Shown here in pieces: positions 23,501 through 33,060 of a DNA stretch of 64,000 nt (position 1 is its first letter; each line of letters starts with the position of its first letter). The position numbers and the translations under genes were made by a program. The notes below the pieces were generated by a model. That model was not told where the DNA came from. It did no database searches and saw only the letters and a list, made by a program, of their open reading frames with translations. The stretch is from Phoronis australis (lineage: Eukaryota; Animalia; Phoronida). Location: assembly GCA_002633005.1 (NCBI GenBank), contig NMRA01000181.1, positions 134,959 to 198,958 of the forward strand, given 5' to 3'.

Positions 23501-26500
23501 CTGAAAAAAGAGGGGCTAACGCTTCCCAGCCCCCTGTGGTGCACCCTGTGGGCAGCGCAGCACTGAAAAAAGTGGTGGGGGGGGGGCAATAACTCCCAAC
23601 TCCCTATGGTGCGCCGCCTACGAGACCTGACTCAAGGCTCCAGCGGTGTGTCCCACACACGACCTTGAGTAAAGGAAATGGACACTTATAGCACTGGGCC
23701 ACACAGTACCTCCTCACCGCATATCAAAGCTCAGATACACTGAGTTCACGGATAACCAAATAAGGGGAGTGAAAATGTTCAAAATAAGCAGTACATCCCG
23801 GTACGCAGTAACAGTGTGGCATGTAAACAAAAGCAAACGACGACCGAACTTATCAAAACCGAGATAGAACAATGACTGACTTGGCAGCTCTCACAGTCAG
23901 ACTATATGAAAAGAAATTGGCGCGAAATTCTTGCCTCCCAAAACGTCACTTCCGGAGTAGAGAACGAATAATCAATTAAATGACGAAACGTTGTAATTAA
24001 GTGGAATATATGTCTGGGATAACCAACGAACCTTATTTTTTGCTAAAAAGGACATGAAAAATGTTGCCTTCGCCTTTAAGAGTAAACACGAGTGGACAAA
24101 TAAACATTCAAGAAGAAAGAACCTATAGAAATACAACGTTCAAAGAAAATAAGCAGTAGTTAATTAGAACACTGGTACGACCGATGTGATACTATTGGGG
24201 CGACGATGTTTCGGCAGCAAAGTAGCTGACCTCATTTCAAGAACTCACCTCTACCCCTTAGGTGACCGTAACTCACATTAACGGAACAAGCAATTTCCTG
24301 GAATTTCAGAAGCCGACCACGACGATTAACTCCAGGCCTGTCGTCAGGCTAAATTTGTTTTTTTTGTAGAGACGTTTTGTATTGAGAGTACGTTTCTTCA
24401 ACTAGTCTTGACATAATTGGACATTATTGACTAGTTTGACTTAATAACAAACTGACATTAATTGGTTCACGTGATCACGTCCTTTAAATAAAATTTAGGA
24501 GAAATATGCAATGATACAGTGTCAAAAACATGGCCATTTTCAGTGATAAAAATGTTCACGATGAAATCTCAAAAACTCTGTCACAGGTGTCTAAATTGCC
24601 TTCTTTAGTTTTATACTTCTATTGATCTTTTCATAATATCATTTATTGTACATAGTAGGCTTTGCCTACTCATGCATACATAAATTCAAATGTATATTCA
24701 GAGTATTTACACGGAGAACAGTTCTTCTCTTAAAGCCATAGCCTTCTGAATATTTGGCAATGCAAGACGTTGGATACTGTCATGATTTTTCTGTTGAAAT
24801 AACCTAACAAGAGAATAAGTAACATTCACAAGCTCTGGTAGAAGATTTCTTCTAAGGTCTCCAAGAACAGGGCATCGACACATGAAATGAGGCTCATCAG
24901 ATAGCCTATGCCGCATATTCTCTCACTTCTAGGAATACCCATATGTCTCCCTTTCTCTATATTAAGTGAGCGACTTGAGCATCGAAAATGTGCAAGTATT
25001 CTTCTCGAATAAGCGCTTAAACAATTCACATATTGCTCGCTAACACGATCACGTTTAATAAGACTATAATATTCATGTTTACTTGAGCTACCTATTTCCA
25101 ATTGCCACAATCCAATAATCTCTGCTTGAATACCATAATAAATCCAGCACTATTGCCTGGGCCAAATAACCACACTTCTCCATAGCCGTACCTATACAAA
25201 ATTTCTTTGACACTGTGTGTGCCCAGTTACAATAGCTCACTTGCGAGTTTCTCGCTAGTCACTGTGACGTCACCGGAAAGGGGGCAAAACCCGCCATATT
25301 GCTCTTGTTTTGCCCCGAGTCTTTGCTACACACGCTAAAACTTACTGGAGTTCTTATGGTGAATTTTACGCTTAAAACGTTAAAACAATTTAAGATATGG
25401 TAGATGGGTCGTGGAATAACTGTGAATAGACGAAGAAAATGTGAACTTGTTATGTTTTGCGAAGCTGTGAACGGACTGAAATTGGAACTTAACCCGCTCT
25501 AGGCCTGAATGGCGCAGGCATACAGGGGCGATAGTGTATCCCCATAAAAAGATATTCACTTCAAAATACAGTAAATAAAATCAAATGAAACATGCATATG
25601 TGCACATGAAGTTATAATTAACACATACCCTGACTCTGGACACAATTTAGTCTACAAATAACTTGAGCATATTCATGAAAACCTCGCGGTTCTCTCGAGT
25701 TTCTCTCACTAGCCGCCATTTTGAGGAAGTTACGTGAAATCACGCCTGTTGACGAACAAAAAGTCCAAGGGACACAAATCTTACAAATTTCACTTGATAT
25801 TTTCTCATGCTATTTTGCAAGTGTCACGCGCCAGATCTCGCGCTTCGCTCAGTCTCGCGCTAGCCTTTGCCTCAAACTCACCTGACTCAGTTGAAATACT
25901 TGATTGTGATTATCGCGCGCGCGGACAAAGTTAACAGTAACCACAAAGTGGAGTTGGAATTCTTCGCCTAAGTCACCTGAATTCCCGTATATATGCTTCA
26001 TCGAAGATATGTTTAGAAGCAGAAAGAGTCACTGAAGAAAGTAAGAGCCTTTTAGGTGCTAATTTTAGGTGTAGAATGTATTTTCGACGAGGTGAAAACT
26101 TTATCAGTGAGCGGATTTCGCCTACCGCCCGTTTAAAATACACGGGACGAAATTAGTACAGAACGCGATAGAACGTATTGTAGTGCGAATCTGAAGTTCA
26201 TTTGCCATAACAGCAATGCTTTTGGACATTTTTCGAACTAAACGGCTAAAAACTCGAAGACAATAACAGAATACACTCTGCTACCGTATTGGGCAAATGA
26301 CCAAACGACAAGCTTTTGCCCCACTTCCCGTGACGTCACAGTTAAGTCTCACATAATCTCGCGTTATTGTTATAAACTCGCAAAAGGCCTATTACCGCCT
26401 TCGCCTTTTTCCCTAAGCATATTATAGACCTAATTTACGCTAACAGGAGGCGCGTTCCAACACGAGGCTCGCCACGATAGCTCTGTTGGCTTATCCATAG

Positions 26501-29500
26501 TTGTATTCCGCGTTGCTCGAACGGCTGGAAAAAATATTCGACTGTCTGTTTTACAATCACAAGGACGTTGAGATTCGGAAGCGTTGGGTCGTTGCCATAC
26601 GCTGCAACGGAGGAAAATATGTCAGAGTAAAATTTAGATTTTTTTTCGAAAAATTAGATCATGTTTTGTCGCATCTCGGTTGCCAAACATCACAGCACCT
26701 ACCGGAGAATCTTCGGCCAGCCAGGCTGGGTTTTCATGATTACGGGTTGAAACATGATGCATTTTTCTTTTCAAAAAGGACAGAGCCCTCAATCCCTCGA
26801 TTTTGGAAAAATCACGCGAAATTCCCCTAGTGATTGAAAATTTCTCTCCTAAGTTCAAATCACCTAACCACACAGGTGACAATTTGAAAGAGCACAAAAT
26901 GCTACTTGATATAGAGCCTATATGAGAACTTGCAACAGGGCGGGAGTGCTATTGATGGTGATCGGGAGGTAGATTTTCCCCTTCACTCTGCAAAAAATTG
27001 AACCCCTCTCAGAAGGCACAGGCATCTTTGCCCTCGGATGAAGGAGGCCCCTAAAGAACCATGATAACTATGCTTGCTATGTCCAGTTAACTGAAATTGA
27101 GCTCTAAAACGAGGTTATGCTTTGGACGAACAAATTAGGTGTTTTAGTTTTAAAATTCTACTTGATCCTGATTGATGTTTGAAATAGACTAAGAATTATT
27201 AAAACCAAGAAAGCAGAATTGATGGTAAAATAATTTTTATTTTCAATTACGAGCCTGGTTGTTAATTTTAATATATTTGAAAACATCAATTATTCTTTCA
27301 GATCAATGACAAATCAACTGTTAGTAACGGTATTCTCTACCTCACCAAGACCTAGGCTATGCTTCTTGATAAAAAAATAAACCAGATGTGACTAATTGCA
27401 CATCAAAGCAAAATGTGATGAACCACTACTGTCGAATATATCTTCAACTCGTCAACAATAAGAGCAGATGTCCTGGTTCGTGTATAAAGCATTAACAAGG
27501 ATTTACAAGAGGAAACGTAACCCTGCATTCACCATAATACCTAATCCGTAACACTACGATCGCCGCAATTTGGTTATAGTTACTTTTTATGTTTCGAACC
27601 TAATTTTCCGAAAATAAACTTATACCCTTTCGTCAGATAATTCTGGTGCATTGACTTGTTCTATAATGTATTTTTGTTCGTCTCTGTGGTTAACTATCGA
27701 CACATTTTTAAGATTTCATATCCAGGTTGGACTCGAAAGACCGGCCACTTAACTCACGCAATGTCAACTTCCGCTGTTTTTATGGCAGTGAGTCTTGTTT
27801 TGGATTTTAATGTCCGCCGCATGAGTTAGGACTATAGCACTTCATATTAAGTAATTTTGTCCAATAGATAATTGGTTTACACATATATTTTCTAATTAAT
27901 AATTGTCTCCCACATTCACTGCGAGTCATAACATTTGGCGTTTTAATACTCAAACCCAGAACATATTAACAGAAATAATTATGAACTTTTTCAATAGATT
28001 CACATATTGATGTTCCCCATATTTCTGCACCATAATTTATATTAATATGGGCATTATCACAGAGTTAAACAGTTTGAAATGCACCCATGGGAAATATAGT
28101 TAAATTTTGACAGAGTGGGTTTAATAACGCTCGTTGCTTTTCCAGCTTGGCTTGCAAGTACTCTACAACACTCAGTCCATTTAAGTCTGCAGGAGAATGT
28201 GACTCCTAGGTACTTTTAGTATGATTCGGTATCTACTTTCTTGTCGCCAAAAACCCACCTTTCAGTATTTGAAAGTAGGCCCCCTCACTTAAATACCACA
28301 GCATTCATTTTCTCCAAATTATCTTGCAAGTTCCAATCTCGACAAAACTTTTCGAGGACATTGAGCTTCATTCAGCCCAGCAACAGTATTCGACACCAGC
28401 ACTAAATCATCAGCAAAAAACAGAGAACCTACATCACAACGCGGAGAGACACGTATACCTCTGCCTACATTTTCTCTAATATCAGACACTAGTGCGCTAA
28501 CAAACATCGAGAACAGCCAGGGATTTAAAACACATTCTTGCCGGACTCCAACTGTACAGCTAAAATAGGGCGTGGTCCGAGACTGTACCATAACACACCA
28601 TTGTATAGAGCCGTACATACTGCACAAACCTTTGGTTAAAAGGGCATAAAATAAACGGGAAATATCTACACTATCAAGTGCTTTACTAAAATCAACGAAT
28701 GCATAATATACTTTCCCCTTCCGTTTGGTGACATGCTTCTGGATGATGCAATGTAGGTTAAAAATGTTATCGATTGTATAGTTCCCAGTCCTAAAGCCTA
28801 CTTGTTCTTCCGGGATACACTTCGTGTTATTCGACCCCAGGATAAAGAATACTTGTGTTTGTGGAGAAGTTCTACTAGAGCCTAAGGAAGCACTTATAGA
28901 ATTCAGCCGGTATACCGTCTTCTCCGGAGATTCATTATTCTTTTGTTTTTTGACGGACCTTACTATTTCATCTGCGCCAATACCGACATTTAGTTCATCC
29001 ATGTCAAAGGTGACTACAACGCTCACAGTGTGGTCATGCTCATCATGAGTCTGTCTAACTAGGTCATCAAAAGTTTGCTGTTCTGTTAATATCAAACAGG
29101 TTACTGAAATATCTAAACCACTCCAATTCAGTAATATTATTATTATCAGGCTTTGTAGTGTGTACTGGCTCTGACAGGCTTTGTTTCATTCCAAAATCTT
29201 TTCATAATAATCATAGATGTCCTATTTTTGATATCCCCACGTGACCTCGTGTAAAAGTGGAGTATCTTCATTCCTAACAGCGTTTTTGAGACTGATACAA
29301 CATCGAAAATGTTATCTAAAAGTTCCATATGAATCAAATGAGTCATTTCTGACACATGGTTTTCCAAATTTCGATTTTTTGTAGGGACCTACATAAGCTT
29401 AAGTGCTGCATGAAAACGGCGCCAAGTTTGAACATTACCATCAACAGAGTAGCCTGGGGCTAGAGTGATAACCTATGGGAGTAATAATGTACAACTGAGC

Positions 29501-29737
29501 AACGTAGCGAATCACCGTATCTGTTCACTGGTACATTGCAACTTTGGCTGATATCTAAGGTCCTTAACAACAAAACAGTCCACTGAGCAAATATAACCCT
29601 TTGGTTCAATGAAGTGAAGACCTAAGAGAGAGCTAAGTTACAATAATGATAAACCTACCTTCCTGTCGGCTCTCCATGTTTTTGTTTTCATCGAAGCACA
29701 GTACCCTGGGTTGGGGAGACTCGCCAGTCGGCTCCAT
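2121..29737 (-). CDS. Multi-exon gene: RHIM-like motif plus two TRADD-N-like domains, candidate immune/death-signalling adaptor (about 670-700 aa if intact)
   Basis: GT-AG exons, all joined by phase-1 introns: 29737-29659 (ATG), 21724-21587, 21068-20670, 18188-18048, 13189-12854, 12441-12337, 10997-10776, 10653-10432, 10210-10139, 6818-6735, 5583-5506, 4545-4462, [3131-3060, in-frame TAG], 2269-2121 (stop). Every internal exon length is a multiple of 3 and the joined frame is open. Confidence 0.65.
3060..3131 (-). CDS. 72-bp phase 1-1 exon containing an in-frame TAG (3085-3087)
   Basis: ccctaaag acceptor and gtaagt donor; reads VPPSRIQHHFTNNQ*. Confidence 0.45.
3654..3990. repeat. Minisatellite, about 115-bp unit x3
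   Basis: Three diverged copies of GCACCAGGGAGTACC...GACGATATTTTTAGG...AAAAAGATACCCATTTG. Confidence 0.9.
4462..4545 (-). CDS. 84-bp phase 1-1 exon of the minus-strand gene
   Basis: ttttaag acceptor, gtgagt donor; reads VQRFPVIRFIYLTRTQLRSSRVRKRRK. Confidence 0.55.
5506..5583 (-). CDS. 78-bp phase 1-1 exon of the minus-strand gene
   Basis: AG acceptor, gtaagg donor; reads LPVDTIKQTHVRRHLNATEKFKRVQ. Confidence 0.5.
6735..6818 (-). CDS. 84-bp phase 1-1 exon of the minus-strand gene
   Basis: ctttctcag acceptor, gtaatt donor; reads SRRLKVKRRLVGNSKHVQTTSVKYWRG. Confidence 0.55.
8414..8809 (+). CDS. KolX-like protein N-terminus (P2X7 ballast-like Cys cluster), truncated at about 8716
   Basis: Acidic N-terminus, YMFEPEY, then WCKCTVCVVMPTSMECLCCSE. 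After about 8716 the frame runs antisense to the transposase ORF. Confidence 0.75.
   Translation: MAGVGDPYHSDSSVSDGDLVHSSGDDGFFHGHSVGVYMFEPEYNEAEYAQAQAAVERNEAATEDRRGDTSWCKCTVCVVMPTSMECLCCSEFDEAKSLLDMVKWTSGIPRTEEQLSHLPECPATHSHWMVT
8500..9507 (-). CDS. Kolobok transposase N-terminus (THAP plus Cys/His zinc-finger region) without the DDE core
   Basis: THAP: CCVPGY..LHRFP..W..RLCGKHF...VIPS. Ser-rich linker, then KFIVD..LELFRRCQVC...WECVAGH..W. The last ~70 aa are antisense KolX sequence. Confidence 0.8.
   Translation of the reverse strand: MQHCCCVPGYTNYRLTRALGVPLHRFPMDDALRRTWLVRVKNAALPVHATYKAVENYRLCGKHFLPSDYERDLYAELMEVPAKQRLKKVVIPSVLIPGSAPSPPSRSAHLKREASRAVASTVTGASGGTSSTVTRASERTPERAIPGTSSDSLCAVFSSPEPLSSPAAILSSGSDYRLSSTPSEEDSSSSSEQIGEPNFDKFIVDLSKVLELFRRCQVCGEGVTRHDVSSLGAQVTIQWECVAGHSGKWDSCSSVRGMPEVHLTMSSSDLASSNSEQHKHSIEVGITTHTVHLHQDVSPRLSSVAASFLSTAACACAYSASLYSGSNMYTPTECP
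10139..10210 (-). CDS. 72-bp phase 1-1 exon of the minus-strand gene
   Basis: tttcctag acceptor, gtttgt donor; reads FAAGTSYEESERPDPLVAHRMVK. Confidence 0.55.
10432..10653 (-). CDS. 222-bp exon, duplicate B
   Basis: ggcag acceptor, gtgtgt donor; HDGSCELFRQ...SKPESEP, paralogous to 10776-10997. Confidence 0.5.
10776..10997 (-). CDS. 222-bp exon, duplicate A
   Basis: ttcctcttcctcattagcag acceptor, gtgtgt donor; PDKSCDLFRL...SIPERDP. Confidence 0.55.
12337..12441 (-). CDS. 105-bp phase 1-1 exon of the minus-strand gene
   Basis: tcttcag acceptor, gtatgt donor; reads FVDEENDVTVSECDISHLKIPCEEPPCFWSDSWN. Confidence 0.6.
12854..13189 (-). CDS. Exon encoding TRADD-N-like domain 2
   Basis: gttttag acceptor, gtgagt donor, 336 bp. 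LFHFLKERGLRFLGWRCGSIQLVFVARTRREAEKFKQNIASGSLDKEIRDLL shows the GS-strand-helix-SG-L pattern of TRADD-N-like domains. Confidence 0.65.
14147..14166. repeat. (CA)n microsatellite
   Basis: Visible CA run. Confidence 0.85.
15866..16239. mobile_element. Degenerate MITE (Tc1/pogo-like ends)
   Basis: GGGGAGACCGTGGTTAGTT at the left, inverted AAACTAACCCCGGCCTCACT at the right; imperfect match. Confidence 0.35.
16793..16865. mobile_element. 73-bp micro-MITE (hAT-like ends)
   Basis: TIR CATGGGCGGCGCA / TGCGCCGCCCATG; flanks TAGTA and TATTA. Confidence 0.7.
17519..17810. mobile_element. hAT-like MITE with 5-bp TSD (GGCAA)
   Basis: Ends CATAGGCGGATTTAGG and CCTAGATCCGCCACTG; GGCAA on both sides. Confidence 0.85.
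18048..18188 (-). CDS. 141-bp phase 1-1 exon of the minus-strand gene
   Basis: tttgtag acceptor, gtaaga donor; SSQSTSCPTQALLITCDELL...EINNLL. Confidence 0.6.
18745..20126 (-). mobile_element. 5'-truncated Penelope-like retroelement with tandem and inverted pseudo-LTRs
   Basis: GIY-YIG region remnant on - strand (PPIISWRKCKSLKNYLVKA..CNKTRCKMC; YVGQTQHNLQTRF). About 265-bp repeat in tandem at 18745-19205 and inverted at 19870-20126. Flanking TGTCATTCA(G/A)TAG duplication at 18732-18744 and 20127-20139. Confidence 0.85.
20525..20597. repeat. (CA)n/(CATA)n microsatellite
   Basis: Visible repeat run. Confidence 0.9.
20670..21068 (-). CDS. Exon encoding TRADD-N-like domain 1
   Basis: tttttttcag acceptor, gtgggt donor, 399 bp. 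LRIFKLREAPHGGLEILIEGKTREATDRFRRGVEDGQLQQQFAEIF parallels the 12854-13189 exon. Confidence 0.6.
21587..21724 (-). CDS. Exon encoding an RHIM-like motif
   Basis: tttacag acceptor, gtaaat donor, 138 bp; NVLADSFTYLQIGDGNCVNIQNV. Confidence 0.65.
22460..23190 (+). mobile_element. Degenerate LINE reverse-transcriptase fragment, split by a MITE
   Basis: IIKAMYAEVKACV...FFPCQNGLKQGSHLSPFLFILFINDLE; the reading continues across the MITE at 22635-23004. Confidence 0.75.
22635..23004. mobile_element. hAT-like MITE with 5-bp TSD (CATAA)
   Basis: Same terminal family as 17519-17810; CATAA on both sides. Confidence 0.8.
23485..23622. mobile_element. Head-to-tail dimer of the micro-MITE, 5-bp TSD (AGACC)
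   Basis: Two units GCGCAGCACTGAAAAAAG...TGGTGC; outer ends CATGAGCGGCGCA and TGCGCCGCCTACG; AGACC on both sides. Confidence 0.7.
23790..24075. mobile_element. Right-end fragment of the same Kolobok family as 8080-9772
   Basis: Clear match to about 9476-9772; ends GCCTTCGCCT followed by TTAA; encodes MPHCYCVPGC on the - strand. Confidence 0.85.
25234..26390. mobile_element. Non-autonomous DNA transposon with AT TSD (ISL2EU-like)
   Basis: Ends AGCTCACTTGCGAGTTT and AAACTCGCAAAAGGCCT, inverted subterminal CTGTGACGTCAC..GGGGCAAAA. Removing it restores the LINE reading G-N-C-N-W. Confidence 0.75.
26426..27833. mobile_element. Second ISL2EU-like element with a THAP remnant, AT TSD
   Basis: Ends AGACCTAATTTACGC and GCATGAGTTAGGACT. 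THAP remnant CIPRCSN...KDVEIRKRWVVAIR at about 26500-26625. Removing it restores the LINE reading K-C-Y-N-M-L-R. Confidence 0.75.
29659..29737 (-). CDS. Putative first coding exon of the minus-strand gene
   Basis: ATG, MEPTGESPQPRVLCFDENKNMESRQE, then a phase-1 gtaggt donor compatible with the exon at 21724. Confidence 0.5.
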
Positions 29738-31299
29738 CGTGTGTACGCCTGCATCCGAGACAACAGCAAGGATCAGAACGACGTAGCCACTAAATCAGGG
29801 TATACCTGAACTTTCTATACAATTTGCCTAAACCTGGAAACTTTTAAGAATAGTAAGAATATTTGTATTACAAGTAAAGGCTAGTGTAACAGCCTCGCTT
29901 TCGAGTGGGATTTCCCCGAAACGAATATTTCTCTGAACTTTACTATTCGTGGCAGGAAGCGACAGTTTTCAGAAACGGAAAACGGCTCATCTCTCTTGAA
30001 AAATTTGACGACAGTGCTTATAATTTTTGCTTAGAGTTCGTTTAACCTGTGGGTAATATACATATTGGTCATAGGTTTAACTATATAATTATAATATTCC
30101 AACGGACATCAGACACTCGATCACTGACTTCGCTATACCGACGATAGTCGGCTTAGAATTTAGATGGCACGCCGCCAATAACAGTTTACGTTTCCAAATC
30201 ACAAGAAACGCAAAAAAAACTGGGCAAAACCGATAATTTAGAAGCTCGAACATCGGTCAGTAACCGTGAGAACGTTATTTTGAAATCAAAAAGACTAGCC
30301 AATGAGTCAAAATTAACGCGCGTGAGAGATCCTTTGTATATAGTACAAACGACTTCAAAGCCAGGCCGAGTTCAGTAGTACAGTGCATTGTTCTAGTATA
30401 TAATCCATGTTCTGCACTGAAACAATGACAGTACTGATTTTTTTATTCAATCCAATTAAATTAGAAACGTGACTTGTTTATTACGGAGCTCGAGGATGAG
30501 TCATACATTTAAATTCTGGGTCATTGTAGTCTCTCGCAATGCCATTTTCACAAGCGTTTTCGCTGCCTTTCATGGAGCAGAAGGTATTGTTTTGACTATA
30601 GTGTGAAATAAAGGTTGTTCGTGCACTTCTTTCCATATCTTTTTGATTTCATCAAAAGTAGAAATTAATCTGTTTTCGAATCAAGTACATCATTTTCGTA
30701 TATGATAATGTAGACCTAAATTGCTGCAATATACCGTCAGTTTTCATTTTCATATTCTCTTATACGGCAGAAGTTAATATATTACTCGTCATATTCCGCC
30801 AATTTCCGTAAACGAATTCCGACACATTTGATTTCCCATCATCTGAAATTACCTATACATTCACCGAGAACGTGTTGAGTGTATAGAGTATGTTGAAATT
30901 CGCCCATGCAGGGCTACTTTATGATATCAGTCGGATGCCCAACCCTAACTCCGGGTGCCAAAGCCCGGAGGGCGGTGAAATACGTGTGCTGCACCAGCTG
31001 CAGGGTCTTCTCGCGCTTCGATCTGTGTCGTAGCGTTAGGTATTGACTGAGTACAAAATATACATAAACTACAAAATAAAGTAAAGTAAAGTAATAACAC
31101 TGACGTGGAAAATAGTGATGCAGGAAAATCAGAGGGATGGAGGTTGGAATAAATAGGGTGGACAAGTGACAGCAACAAAATGGACTCAGCGAATAGCTCA
31201 GTGAGGTAGAATATGGATAAAGCAACAACGGATAAAATAAATAAGTAGATGCTAACAGTTGTATACAAAATATACTAGTGTAAGGGCTTGGAAAAGTAG

Positions 31300-33060
31300 G
31301 GAATGAGGGGGAGTGAAAATACAGGGAAGACTGACATCTAGTGAGAGGTTTATGATACTAGTGAGGGAAAGGTAAAGCGGGGATGGAGCAGGCAATACTG
31401 AATGCATTAAGAGTGGAAGTTGTGGTAGGGAGAAATAAGTGATGCGAGGGTGGAGGGGGGGGGGGGGGGNCTGATCGCTGCGGTGGACGTTGCCAACACG
31501 GTTGGGGTTGAATGAGGAATTGAAAGTGTGGGTAAAGAAAGATTATGTGAGGAGTCGGCGCGACGGAAAAGGGACCTGGAGGATGGCTAGATATTTTGAG
31601 GTACATATAGGCCCGGACATGTGTGACGGGACAATAGGATGGAATGTGAAGGATGACTGGAGATGAATTGTTGTGTTTGAAAATTAAAGAGGGTAATGGC
31701 CATGTAGGGGACTGAAAGAGGATAAAAGAATTTGACTGAAGAGCTCTGGAAGGTGAGTTAAGAGTCACAAGATAGAGAAGGCCGGAATTTGCCGATGAAG
31801 ACATGGCTTTGTATATTGTATAGAGGAGAGAATGAACAACAGGATAAAATCAAGCAGATCAAGAGACGGGAATGTCACAAGTAATGGATGTCTGAAGATT
31901 GTATACTCCGCGGTGGGGTCGGTTAGCCAAAAGTAACTGAAATAAGGTGGTAGTGTCGGGAAGAGCCTAGTCAAGCTTATGATCAGAGCTGATGTGAAAA
32001 TATGGTGCTGGATGTGGAAGCAGCGCAGTCAATGTGGTCAACAGACACGGGGAAAGGCGATGTGGGAGGAGTGAAAGGACGTGAAATTGTTAACGATGCA
32101 GGAGTAGGATTGAATTGCAGACGGGTCGACAGATGAGAGAAGCTCTTGAAGTATGGACGGTGGAGTCTTGTTAAGTTAACCATGGTAGCATGGAGAAGGC
32201 GTCCTAAAATTGAAAACAAGATTGACAGTCAGCTGGAAGTTGAATGAACCTGGAATATGTTTCGCACGACTGAATATGTTGAGTCGTAGACCAGTGACAA
32301 CTACATGTATAGGTGGCGAAAGAGATGAACGATGTCCTTGTTCGTTGGTAAGCCCTTGATCTCGACGACAGCGGCATTACCACACACAATTTATTAAGAG
32401 GCGTCGGTTGGAGATTTTATGTCCTCAGGTCTTTATGAAAAGCACAACAGAGAACAATTTCTTGAAGGTGATGTGGAGGCGGGCAGTAGATGGTGGGCAA
32501 TAACTCGATAACCATCGGAAGCCCAGTAGGCTACTGCAGCAGCAAACCCACCGTGGATGATAGCAGCGTCTGTGTAGTGGATGATGAGGAAACCTACCTA
32601 TTGAAGAGAAGCATGGTTTTTCCGCTGAAATGTTGTATGAAGTGGAGCCATCAGCTATATCAGCAAGGGCACCTGGCCTCCGTGATGGACCTTAGACAAT
32701 GTGAAAACCACTGATGAACCGGCACGGATAGTTTTACAGTGTCCATCAGACGCGTGCGAAAAGGGCAGCCGGTCTCATATGTGTATACGTGATGGATTGT
32801 TTGCCGTTACGGAAAGCCGGAACGAGCGTGGAGATTGAGACACTGGGTTGGGTATGCTTGGCAGGTGCGGGAATTGTATTACCAGCAGTAACAGTGGGCC
32901 CGCCAAGACGTACTGGGGGCGGCGGAAGGGCTGTTGGAAAGTGGGGAGATTTAAAACCACAACTGTTGGTTGTTGGTGTGACAGGTGGTTAGGGATGAGG
33001 CACGGGGTTTACGGAACTGTTGGTTATAGAACATCGTGTGATGAACACCGAATACAGAAA
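31300..33060 (-). mobile_element. Highly decayed retroelement-like region, possible RNase H remnant
   Basis: Strong purine skew on the + strand; - strand reads IIHYTDAAIIHGGFAAAV (about 32530-32590); no long ORF. Confidence 0.3.

Larger units (their letters stand above)
24640..29400 (-). mobile_element. Degenerate LINE (RT plus C-terminal Cys/His region), interrupted by two DNA transposons
   Basis: RT motifs in ORF 28319-29095 (EEQVGFR, AFVDFSKALDSV, GVRQ..L.PWLF, LFFADDLVL). YGAEIWG-type region near 28000 and LAHFRCSS..LNIEKGRH..DEPHF..CP at 24830-25000. 3' hairpin AGTAGGC-TTT-GCCTACT (24654-24670) before AATAAA. Confidence 0.85.
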
